A stretch of 32,000 bases of DNA. Origin: Aliivibrio fischeri ES114 (GTDB lineage: Bacteria; Pseudomonadota; Gammaproteobacteria; Enterobacterales; Vibrionaceae). Every line of letters starts with the position of its first letter. Position 1 is the first letter of the stretch. The DNA lies in the NCBI RefSeq assembly GCF_000011805.1, contig NC_006841.2. One strand, given 5' to 3'. Of the stretch, positions 1 through 8,509 are shown one piece after another. Made by a program: the position numbers and the translations under genes. Below the pieces are notes generated by a model. It ran no database searches. It was not told the DNA's origin and was given only the letters and a program-made list of their open reading frames with translations.

Positions 1-1
1 G

Positions 2-523
2 GATGAGCGTTGCGTTACTCCTACTGATCCTGAAAGTAATTATGGAGAAGCAAATGAATTATTGTTCTCTCGTATTGATATTCCGTTAGAAAATATTCAC
101 CGTATTGAAGGCGAAAATGAACCTTTGGAAGAAGTGAATCGCTTCTCTAACGAGATGAGAGAATTGATTCCGTTAGAAGATGGGATCCCAGTTTTTGATT
201 GGATTTTATTAGGCGTAGGAGCAGATGGCCATACTGCATCATTATTTCCTAATAAGACAGATTATAACGATACAAACTTAGCCGTTATTGCGACTCACCC
301 AGAGTCAGGTCAACAAAGAGTATCGAAGACAGCAAAAGTATTAGAAGCAGCTAAACGTATTAGCTATCTAGTGTTAGGTAGTGGTAAAGCTGAAATTGTT
401 CAAGAAATTCATACTAAACCAGCAAATGAGTTGCCATACCCGGCAGCAAAAATTCACTCAACATTGGGTGAAACTGAATGGTTTTTAGATATAGATGCAG
501 CGGCTCGCATTATTAATAAATAG
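2..523 (+). CDS. pgl: 6-phosphogluconolactonase, 5'-truncated by window edge
   Basis: The frame is open from base 2 and reads DERCVTPTDPESNYGEANELLFSRI, typical of the Pgl/NagB-like family, followed by GVGADGHTASLFP. It sits immediately upstream of gnd. Confidence 0.93.
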   Translation, partial: DERCVTPTDPESNYGEANELLFSRIDIPLENIHRIEGENEPLEEVNRFSNEMRELIPLEDGIPVFDWILLGVGADGHTASLFPNKTDYNDTNLAVIATHPESGQQRVSKTAKVLEAAKRISYLVLGSGKAEIVQEIHTKPANELPYPAAKIHSTLGETEWFLDIDAAARIINK

Positions 524-559
524 AAGTTCGAGCATAACGCAAATTTTTGGAGTAAAGAT

Positions 560-2008
560 ATGAAAGGCGATATTGGCGTAATTGGTCTTGCAGTAATGGG
601 CCAGAACCTAATTCTAAATATGAACGATCACGGTTATAAAGTGGTAGCACATAACCGAACTGCTGAAAAAGTAGATGAGTTCTTACAAGGTCCTGCAAAA
701 GGGACAAATATTGTTGGTGCATATTCGCTTCAAGAGTTAGTTGATAAATTAGAATCACCACGCAAAATTATGTTAATGGTACGAGCTGGTGATGTTGTTG
801 ATTCATTTATCGACAAGTTGGTTCCTTTATTAGATAAAGGTGACATCATCATTGATGGTGGTAATACAAATTTCCCAGATACTAACCGTCGTGTTGCTGC
901 GCTGAAAGAGAAAGGAATTCACTTTATTGGTTCTGGTGTTTCTGGTGGTGAAGAAGGTGCTCGTTTTGGTCCTTCAATTATGCCTGGAGGTTCACCTGAA
1001 GCATGGCCATTTGTTAAACCAATTTTCCAAGCTATTTCAGCGAAAACTGAAAATAATGAGCCTTGTTGTGATTGGGTTGGTAACGATGGTGCTGGCCACT
1101 TTGTAAAAATGGTTCATAACGGCATTGAATATGGCGATATGCAGCTTATCACAGAAGCATACCAGTTCATGAAAGACGGCCTTGGTATGACGCACGATGA
1201 AATGCAGTCTGTTTTTATTGAGTGGAATAAAACCGAGCTAAATAGTTATTTAGTAGAAATCACTTCAGATATCTTAGGTTATAAAGATACAGATGGTGAA
1301 CCATTAGTAGAAAAAATTCTTGATACTGCTGGCCAAAAAGGCACAGGTAAGTGGACAGGAATTAATGCATTAGATATGGGTATCCCATTAACGCTAATTA
1401 CAGAATCTGTATTTGCACGCTGTTTATCATCATTAAAAGATCAACGTGTAGAGGCTGAAGAGTTATTTGGTAAGAAAGAATCGATTGTTGAAGGTGATAA
1501 ACAAGTTTGGATAGAAGCATTACGCCAAGCACTTTTAGCATCGAAAATCATCTCATATGCACAAGGCTTTATGTTGATGCGTGAAGCGTCAAACGAGAAT
1601 GGTTGGGATCTAAATTACGGTAACGTGGCATTGATGTGGCGTGGTGGTTGTATTATCCGTTCTGCATTCTTAAGTAATATTCGTGATGCGTACGATATTG
1701 ATCCTGAACTTTCCTTTTTAGGTTCAGATAGCTACTTCAAAGGTATTCTAGAAAATAGTATGTCTGCATGGAGAAAAGTAGCAGCAAAATCAATGGAAGT
1801 AGGGATCCCAATGCCATCAATGACATCAGCATTGACTTTCCTTGATGGTTATACAACAGCTCGTCTTCCTGCAAACTTACTGCAAGCACAACGTGATTAT
1901 TTTGGTGCTCATACTTACGAGCGTGTAGATAAACCAAAAGGTGAGTTTTTCCATACGAATTGGACAGGTAAAGGCGGTGATGTATCATCGACAACGTATA
2001 ACTCGTAG
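560..2008 (+). CDS. gnd: 6-phosphogluconate dehydrogenase (decarboxylating)
   Basis: 482 aa starting MKGDIGVIGLAVMGQNLILNMNDHGY, with the GGNTNFPDT region, SGVSGGEEGARFGPSIMPGG and KGTGKWT motifs. Confidence 0.97.
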   Translation: MKGDIGVIGLAVMGQNLILNMNDHGYKVVAHNRTAEKVDEFLQGPAKGTNIVGAYSLQELVDKLESPRKIMLMVRAGDVVDSFIDKLVPLLDKGDIIIDGGNTNFPDTNRRVAALKEKGIHFIGSGVSGGEEGARFGPSIMPGGSPEAWPFVKPIFQAISAKTENNEPCCDWVGNDGAGHFVKMVHNGIEYGDMQLITEAYQFMKDGLGMTHDEMQSVFIEWNKTELNSYLVEITSDILGYKDTDGEPLVEKILDTAGQKGTGKWTGINALDMGIPLTLITESVFARCLSSLKDQRVEAEELFGKKESIVEGDKQVWIEALRQALLASKIISYAQGFMLMREASNENGWDLNYGNVALMWRGGCIIRSAFLSNIRDAYDIDPELSFLGSDSYFKGILENSMSAWRKVAAKSMEVGIPMPSMTSALTFLDGYTTARLPANLLQAQRDYFGAHTYERVDKPKGEFFHTNWTGKGGDVSSTTYNS

Positions 2009-2031
2009 CTGTTACCTTTCATCGATAAAAT

Positions 2032-2068
2032 AAAAAAGCCCCTAACTTGTATGAGTTAGGGGCTTTTT
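2032..2068. terminator. Rho-independent terminator between gnd and the dedA-like gene, possibly bidirectional
   Basis: Perfect 11-bp stem AGCCCCTAACT / AGTTAGGGGCT (2037-2047 / 2054-2064) with an A-run before and a T-run after. Confidence 0.92.
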
Positions 2069-2081
2069 ATATCGAATTAAT

Positions 2082-2747
2082 TTAACAGATTTTTTTACGA
2101 CGGTATTTTTTTAAACAGTAACCACTGATAAAACTACATACTGCAATCGCCAGTGTGATGACTGGTGCTGCCATTAGTGCCATGGTGATATATTTCGACA
2201 GCTTTTCCGGTAAAAATGATAATGAATAACCGAAACCAGTTAGTAATAAAATCCAAATAATAGCGCTCATCCAAGCAAAATAATGGAAGCGAGCTGCTTG
2301 TTGCATTCGTAGTCCCATCATTAACGGTAAAAGAGGGCGAACAACAGGAATAAAACGAGCTACAAAAAGAGCAATTAGCCCATGTTTAGTTAACAAAGAG
2401 TCAACTGTCTGTAATCTGTGTGGTGGAACTGCATTAATCCATTTCTGAATTGTTGGAAATTTATGTAACCAACGACCTTGTATAAAAGCCAATTGACTAC
2501 CAATTGCCGCGGCCATGATAAGACCAGCAACAATTACAGGGTAGCTAATTACATTAGCAGCAGCTAGAGAACCTGCAAGAATAACAACACTATCGCAAGG
2601 TAGTGGTGCAGCTGGAATAAAAGCACTTTCTAACCAAATAAATAGAATCAAACAAAAGTAGATCATCGTCATACTTGCTGGGTTTTGTAGAATTGTGAAA
2701 TCTTGTTGCCATAAAGCCGTTAGAATCGAAATAAATGAATCAAACAT
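2082..2747 (-). CDS. DedA family membrane protein
   Basis: Reads ...PCDSVVILAGSLAA..., GSQLAFIQGRWLHKF, HGLIALFVARFIPVVRPLLPLMMGLRMQ, which is a DedA/SNARE-associated signature. The ORF track starts at 2828, but the internal ATG at 2747 has GGAG about 8 nt upstream and is preferred. Confidence 0.85.
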   Translation of the reverse strand: MFDSFISILTALWQQDFTILQNPASMTMIYFCLILFIWLESAFIPAAPLPCDSVVILAGSLAAANVISYPVIVAGLIMAAAIGSQLAFIQGRWLHKFPTIQKWINAVPPHRLQTVDSLLTKHGLIALFVARFIPVVRPLLPLMMGLRMQQAARFHYFAWMSAIIWILLLTGFGYSLSFLPEKLSKYITMALMAAPVITLAIAVCSFISGYCLKKYRRKKIC

Positions 2748-2797
2748 CGCCATTCTCCAGACGAAAATTAAGCCGAAACTTGTTGTGACAGATAGGT

Positions 2798-2857
2798 CGA
2801 GAGTAAGGTAAGTGATAGATAAAGTCACTAAGAATTTTCACTGTCATAAAAAGTTCA
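2798..2857 (-). promoter_or_regulatory. Putative promoter/operator element shared with the gltS upstream region
   Basis: 50/60 ungapped identity with 15566-15625, including an exact 21-mer TTCACTGTCATAAAAAGTTCA (2837-2857). It contains minus-strand TGACTT-N16-TACTCT. Confidence 0.6.
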
Positions 2858-3370
2858 CATAAGGTAGATAAACTAGATGATTCAACAAGTTGGGTCAACA
2901 TTTCCTTACAAATGTGCGTAAATTGTTACCAATAGATAGTAGGTTCACATTTTTGGTGAAGCGATAGAGGCACTTATCGAAAATTAACTGTTTTTATATT
3001 TTCGTTTTTAGAAATAAAATTAATGACAATTATTATATGTAATGCAATGTTGCATATAATATCAAAAAATATATTTTTATATAAACATTGGTAGTCTCAT
3101 AAGTTGTTGTATTTAATGACTTTTATTGTGTTGGTGATTATTCTTCAACTGTTCCCTCTAATTCAAACAATATAATTAACTAAGTAATTACGTATAATTT
3201 GATTGATTATTCGTATGGAGTATATTTCTCTCACCTAACTAAACCAATTAATCAAATCAATAATAATAGATTTATTGTTAGTTAGATTTTGTTTCATATA
3301 ACCATGTTTACTTCAAATTAATGAAGAGAGCATTAAGTAGTGTTAATCATTAACTACCGGAAATAAAAAG

Positions 3371-3994
3371 ATGAAAAAAATATATTTAGCTGCGTTTGTA
3401 TTTGGTGTTTTTTCTGTATCGTCTTCAGCTGAAATGATGCCTTATGTTGGGGGAAATATTGGTATTGGTGGTATTACTTCACCAGATGCTGATATTGACA
3501 ATATGAACTATTCTCAAGAGTCAGGAAAGTTTGCTTGGAGCTTGAATACTGGTCTATTATTTAACTCAGAAATGAATAATAAATTTCAATACGGTGCAGA
3601 AGTGAGTTATTCGACCTATGCAACAAATGAAAATCGTTTTGAAAATTTGAAGTTTGACTATGATGGCTACAACATTGCTGCATTAGGTGTAGCAAAGTAC
3701 AATTTCAATAATAAGTGGAGTATTTTTGGTAAAGCGGGTGCAGCTTATACAGTTCAAGAGCTAACAAGTAATGTAAACGTTTTTAATAAAAAAGAATCGA
3801 AAGTATTGCCAAAAATCGGTTTAGGTGCATCGTATAACATTACAGATAACTTTGCGATTAACGCTAGCTTCGAGCATATCTTTGGTGATGACTTAGCCGA
3901 GTTTACGAATAAACCAAATAACCATCAATTGTCGGACTACACAAATGTAGGATCGGTAAGTACCATGTATATTGGTATGGGTTATTCATTCTAA
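3371..3994 (+). CDS. Outer-membrane beta-barrel protein, OmpA/OmpW-like small porin-type
   Basis: 207 aa with signal peptide MKKIYLAAFVFGVFSVSSSAE, alternating amphipathic strands and terminal aromatic YIGMGYSF. Confidence 0.75.
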   Translation: MKKIYLAAFVFGVFSVSSSAEMMPYVGGNIGIGGITSPDADIDNMNYSQESGKFAWSLNTGLLFNSEMNNKFQYGAEVSYSTYATNENRFENLKFDYDGYNIAALGVAKYNFNNKWSIFGKAGAAYTVQELTSNVNVFNKKESKVLPKIGLGASYNITDNFAINASFEHIFGDDLAEFTNKPNNHQLSDYTNVGSVSTMYIGMGYSF

Positions 3995-4074
3995 TTATTT
4001 ATAGTCTTATTTTTTAAGTTTAGATTTTACCTTGTAAATAAGACGTAAACTAATTAACAATGAAGTAGGGTATT

Positions 4075-4098
4075 GCCTATTTCTGTTATGAAATAGGC
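4075..4098. other. Hairpin downstream of the outer-membrane protein gene
   Basis: Perfect 9-bp stem GCCTATTTC / GAAATAGGC with a 6-nt loop and no good T-run afterwards. Confidence 0.5.
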
Positions 4099-4304
4099 TG
4101 CTCTATATTTGCTCAAAAATTAAGTATAAACAGCATTTCTGTATTACGTTTGTTCTTTTTGTGTTTATACTTTGTTTTTTATTGGTTTTGGTTTTGAACA
4201 AAGTTAACGAATATAGATAAGTTGGTCTCAATATATTGACAATAAAGATGAATAGGTTTATTTATGACTTGTATTTAATTCGATAACTGTTAAGTCAGGA
4301 TGAT

Positions 4305-4916
4305 ATGGTTTTTAAACTCAATGAAATCTATTGGGATCCAGCAACAAAAAAATTGTACGATACGCTAGAAGATGCAGTTAATGGTAATAACGAATATGGT
4401 TCAACAACGCCTTTAGTTTCTGCAATTCTGACTTTGTTAATAAAAGAACATCCTTCTATTTGTAAAAATGAACATATTAAAGATGCTCTTTGGGGGACTC
4501 AGTGGATATCAAATGAAAGCATTCCTCAGTTAATTAAAAGAACAAGAGTATCAATAAAAGATACGAATAGACATGTTATCGAAAATGTAAAAGGCAATGG
4601 TTATAAAATAAACAATGTAGAAGAGATTAGAATAAATTCAAATAGCATACAATGCACAGAGAAAAAAACGTCACATTCTAAACTAAAAGAAACATCTATT
4701 TTTTTATTTTCAATCATCATTTTCATTTTATCTAGTTCAGCATTAATCTTTTGTATAGAAAAACATGTGTTTTACGATCTAATTCCTTTAGAAGAGATAA
4801 AAAAAGTCAAAGATTTTGATTTAATTAAAATCTCTGAAGATAAGTTTTTAATTAAGACTAAAGACCAAGAGTGTGAATTGAACCTTAAAAATAAAATTGC
4901 TCGATGTAAAATATGA
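4305..4916 (+). CDS. Membrane-anchored winged-helix (OmpR/ToxR/CadC-like) transcriptional regulator
   Basis: N-terminal wHTH ending LIKRTRVSIKDTNRHVIENVKGNGYKI, a single TM (SIFLFSIIIFILSSSALIFCI), and a short periplasmic tail with two Cys. ATG has AGGA upstream. Confidence 0.85.
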   Translation: MVFKLNEIYWDPATKKLYDTLEDAVNGNNEYGSTTPLVSAILTLLIKEHPSICKNEHIKDALWGTQWISNESIPQLIKRTRVSIKDTNRHVIENVKGNGYKINNVEEIRINSNSIQCTEKKTSHSKLKETSIFLFSIIIFILSSSALIFCIEKHVFYDLIPLEEIKKVKDFDLIKISEDKFLIKTKDQECELNLKNKIARCKI

Positions 4917-5302
4917 AAAGTCAAATATCGAAAACATTAATTGTTTTTTCTGTAATTAATTTACTCATAATAATAATATGGCATAAATTTTATCGAGTCG
5001 ATTTAGTTGGAACAATAACAATAAATGAAAAACAAGTTAACTATGTAAAGTATGAAAAGTATTTAGATTCTGTCAATGTAGTTAATACTAAGTATAGTGA
5101 TGATATAGCTGTTCCTGCAACAAGTAGCGCAACAAAGTATTTTGTCGATTATAATTTATCTCAAGGTAAATTATATGCATATGATGGAACAAATTATTAT
5201 ATTTTAAATATATATTCATTAGGGGACTCTTGTTTTGTAACTCTTCCAGCAGGAAGTGGTAGTCTCAAAAAAATTGGTTTTTCTTGCAAATACAATAATT
5301 AA
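4913..5302 (+). CDS. Small membrane-anchored periplasmic protein, putative co-component partner of the upstream regulator
   Basis: 129 aa with N-terminal TM LIVFSVINLLIIIIWH and a Cys pair in the C-terminal region. The ATG overlaps the regulator stop (ATGA). Confidence 0.65.
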   Translation: MKSQISKTLIVFSVINLLIIIIWHKFYRVDLVGTITINEKQVNYVKYEKYLDSVNVVNTKYSDDIAVPATSSATKYFVDYNLSQGKLYAYDGTNYYILNIYSLGDSCFVTLPAGSGSLKKIGFSCKYNN

Positions 5303-5354
5303 TTTATTTTCAATAATTTGATTGTTATTTATAGAGTGTGTTTAGGGTACATAA

Positions 5355-7046
5355 TTGAATTCAACAATTTCTTTCTTATATCAACCAAAAGTACAGAATG
5401 GAAGTATTATCAGTGTTGAAGCTTTACTAAGAGTTCCTGGTGTTACAAATATTGAGAGCTATGTTTCAATGGTAACAAATAAACCTTTGTTTGATTATAC
5501 AATAATAAGGAAAGTATTATCAGATAGAAGGGAATATCACGAAAACATTGGTTACTCTTTCCCTGTATCTATAAACATTTCGATACAGAGTTTAGAATCA
5601 GATTATTTTATTAATAAAACATCTAAGTTATTGAAAAATGAACCTAATGTAACGTTGGAGATAACTGAAAATGACAGTTATTTATCTTTAGAACGTGTTA
5701 AAGAATCGATGGGAATACTTAAATCATTAGGTGTTAAGTTTTCTTTAGATGATTTTGGTAAAGGCTTTTCAGATATTGAACAAGTATTGTCATTAGACCT
5801 TGATGAAATCAAAGTGGATGGTTCTTTAGTTAATGATATTGAAAACAATTTTTATAAGTTTAGACATTTAAAATATACGCTAGATGAATTAGAAGATATC
5901 AGTAACTTTAATATTGTTATTGAGCGGGTTGAGAATAAAAAACAAGTTAACTTAATTGAATCCCTTGGAAAAAAAGTATCATACCAAGGATACTTTTTTT
6001 ATAAACCAATGAATTTATTTGACTTAACAATTGCGACACCAGAACCGCATAAAGAAGAAAAACATGAACCTAAGTTATTGTTAGAAAAATTGATTTATGA
6101 GTTGATCAAAACCGATAATGATAATGAGTGCGCACAGTTAGTTAATGATATTCACTCTGTAGATATATTTAATAATCTTGGTTCCAAGGTTTGTGACAGT
6201 TTAACTATAACAGAAGTAAAAAAAAGCATACTAAAAAAATACAATAAGATAGCGCTTAACCCGAATAGTCCTGAAAATTTGTTTTTCAAATCATATCTTA
6301 ATTGTATGAGTCGCTTAGTCATAATCCGAGATTCTGAAGGTAATGCTTTATTCAATAACCAAGCCCATATTAATTTTATGAATGTGGACTTGGTAGGAAT
6401 GCCTCTAGAAAGCATTTATGAAAAATTTGAACAATACGAAAGCTGTATTGCAATAGATAAGGAGTTGATTGAATCAAAATCCAACTTCTTAGCGGTAAGA
6501 GAAGTTGTCGACTTTGATGGGCAAACTAAATCGTATTATACGTTTAGGCAGAAAATTAACCATTATGGAAAAACACTAATAATTACGATTGTTTATGATG
6601 AAGATGATAGAGATTCGTTTCCTAGGGATGCATTAACAGATTGTTTTGATAGAACCATTTTGAACAGCTACTACATGAATCAATTTAACATGGTTGCTTT
6701 CATTGATATGGATGGGTTTAAAAAGATTAATGATAACTTCAGTCATAAGCTAGGTGACGACTGTTTAAGCAAATTTGTTATGTATTTAAAACATGAATTA
6801 AGAAAGGAAGACCTTATCATAAGATACGGTGGTGATGAATTTTTGATTTTTACTCAATGGGATGACCGACATACATTTGAAAGTCGCTTAAATCTGATAA
6901 GGAATAAAGTCGAAAAGCTGTTTAAATCAAACAACATAGACTTGTCATTTTCATATGGCATTGAAGATTTATCAAAAGGTATGGAAATTGCGATTAACTG
7001 TGCGGATGAAAAAATGTATGCTGACAAAAGCAGAAAATTACAGTGA
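5355..7046 (+). CDS. c-di-GMP phosphodiesterase/diguanylate cyclase with EAL-PAS-like-GGDEF order
   Basis: EAL motifs VEALLR, INIS, LEITEN, LDDFGKG, IKVDGS, IERVEN, QGYFFYKP. GGDEF motifs ALTDCFDR, FIDMDGFKKINDNFSHKLGDDCL, I-site RKED, YGGDEF. TTG start directly after an in-frame stop. Confidence 0.9.
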   Translation: MNSTISFLYQPKVQNGSIISVEALLRVPGVTNIESYVSMVTNKPLFDYTIIRKVLSDRREYHENIGYSFPVSINISIQSLESDYFINKTSKLLKNEPNVTLEITENDSYLSLERVKESMGILKSLGVKFSLDDFGKGFSDIEQVLSLDLDEIKVDGSLVNDIENNFYKFRHLKYTLDELEDISNFNIVIERVENKKQVNLIESLGKKVSYQGYFFYKPMNLFDLTIATPEPHKEEKHEPKLLLEKLIYELIKTDNDNECAQLVNDIHSVDIFNNLGSKVCDSLTITEVKKSILKKYNKIALNPNSPENLFFKSYLNCMSRLVIIRDSEGNALFNNQAHINFMNVDLVGMPLESIYEKFEQYESCIAIDKELIESKSNFLAVREVVDFDGQTKSYYTFRQKINHYGKTLIITIVYDEDDRDSFPRDALTDCFDRTILNSYYMNQFNMVAFIDMDGFKKINDNFSHKLGDDCLSKFVMYLKHELRKEDLIIRYGGDEFLIFTQWDDRHTFESRLNLIRNKVEKLFKSNNIDLSFSYGIEDLSKGMEIAINCADEKMYADKSRKLQ

Positions 7047-8389
7047 GTTCTATTAGATATAAAGCATTAAGACTAAAAAGAATCGGCATTGTAGTGATGC
7101 TATCGTTTATTTATATGAGTGTCGGATATTTTATTTTTGATTTAAGCAATAACCTTACTGAAGAAAGAAATAAGACGAATATGCGACACTTATTGAAAAA
7201 ATATGAAAGTGAAATTTTAATAAAAGTAAATGAATACTTAACTTTATCAAAAGTTTATAAGTATATGCTTTTTAAGAATGATTCTTTTATATCAAAAAAC
7301 GACTTCACTTCAATATCTAAGAATTTAATCGAAAAAAACAAAGTAATTAAGAGTTTGCAATTAGCTCCTAATGGTACAGTGAAATATGCATATCCTGAGA
7401 AAGGAAATGAAAATGTGTATATCGATTTGTTTGCAGATAAAAAAAGAAGGGGAGATGCTATTTATGCCAGAGATAATAGAGTAAGTATCATGTCTGAACC
7501 ACTTGAGTTATTTCAAGGTGGGATTGGACTAATAATTCGTACTCCTATTTTTGTCGGCAAGGATTTTAATACATTTTGGGGTTTTAGCATCGTTATACTT
7601 AAGGTAAATGATTTTTTAAATACTTTATCATTACCTGAGTTATGTGATGGTGGATATAACTATAAACTGAGTGTTATACAAAGAAATAGCAATAACAAAA
7701 TTGTTATTAGTGAATCATCATCTGATGACTTAGTAAATGCAGTTGAGCATGAATTTAGTGTTCTTAACCAAAATTGGCTGATATCAGTGGGTTCTCCAGG
7801 TAAATGGATTAATGAATTAGAATATACCTACAAAACGTATATTTTAGTTTTCTTTGTCTTTGCTTTATCACTTATAACCTACATGTTTTACCGGTTGTTG
7901 ATAAAAAAAGAAAAAATGTATGAACTGTCTTATATTGATTCCTTAACAGGTCTTTATAATCGAAGGGCATTTGATAAAGATGCTAAAAAGTGTTTTAAGA
8001 GTTCAATTTTGTTTTTCTGTGATTTAAATGGTTTTAAAAAGATCAATGATATTTATGGTCATGAAGTCGGAGACCAACTACTCATTGAAGTATCTAAAAG
8101 GATGCGCTCTTTTATCGATAGTAAAGGAACTATATATAGATTAGGCGGCGATGAATTTTCAATACTCTTAAATAAAAATGATAATGTTGATGTTCATGTT
8201 TTTATTAATGAGTTATTTGAAATAATATCTGAGTCTTTATTAATTAGTGATGTTGTAATAAATATAAGCATTAGTACAGGTTACAGTGTTTATCCAGTTG
8301 ATGGCTTAATTCTAGAGGATTTAATCCGTATAGCTGATAAAAGAATGTATCAAGCAAAGTTTCAATATAAAAATAGAAATAAAGTATAA
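7043..8389 (+). CDS. Membrane-bound diguanylate cyclase, CHASE-like periplasmic domain plus GGDEF
   Basis: Two TMs flank a periplasmic region containing LQLAPNGTVKYAYPEKGNEN...SEPLELFQGGIGLIIRTPIF (CHASE-like), then DSLTGLYNRRAF and YRLGGDEF. GTG start overlaps the previous stop. Confidence 0.9.
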   Translation: MSSIRYKALRLKRIGIVVMLSFIYMSVGYFIFDLSNNLTEERNKTNMRHLLKKYESEILIKVNEYLTLSKVYKYMLFKNDSFISKNDFTSISKNLIEKNKVIKSLQLAPNGTVKYAYPEKGNENVYIDLFADKKRRGDAIYARDNRVSIMSEPLELFQGGIGLIIRTPIFVGKDFNTFWGFSIVILKVNDFLNTLSLPELCDGGYNYKLSVIQRNSNNKIVISESSSDDLVNAVEHEFSVLNQNWLISVGSPGKWINELEYTYKTYILVFFVFALSLITYMFYRLLIKKEKMYELSYIDSLTGLYNRRAFDKDAKKCFKSSILFFCDLNGFKKINDIYGHEVGDQLLIEVSKRMRSFIDSKGTIYRLGGDEFSILLNKNDNVDVHVFINELFEIISESLLISDVVINISISTGYSVYPVDGLILEDLIRIADKRMYQAKFQYKNRNKV

Positions 8390-8423
8390 ATCTAAAGTTC
8401 TGTTTCTTATTTATCTTATATAG

Positions 8424-8458
8424 ATAGTCATTTCCCTTTTTTGGGATGACTATTTTTT
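8424..8458 (+). terminator. Rho-independent terminator between the CHASE-GGDEF gene and the zinc-ribbon gene
   Basis: ATAGTCAT(tt)CCC tttttt GGGATGACTAT followed by TTTTT. Confidence 0.75.
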
Positions 8459-8509
8459 ATCAAACGTTAATACCAATTATTTTTGGTTTGCTGCACAAAT
8501 GGTTATTTT

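Noticed and set aside
513-761. Minus-strand ORF (82 aa)
   Set aside because: Antisense to the 3' end of pgl and the strongly supported gnd gene; no domain features.
1737-1994. Minus-strand ORF (85 aa)
   Set aside because: Fully antisense to gnd; chance ORF.
6152-6415. Minus-strand ORF (87 aa)
   Set aside because: Antisense inside the EAL-PAS-GGDEF gene with no independent signals.
8483-8509. N-terminal extension MVCCTNGYF of the zinc-ribbon protein
   Set aside because: It needs a TTG start with no clear SD and begins near the upstream terminator; ATG at 8510 or 8516 is more plausible.
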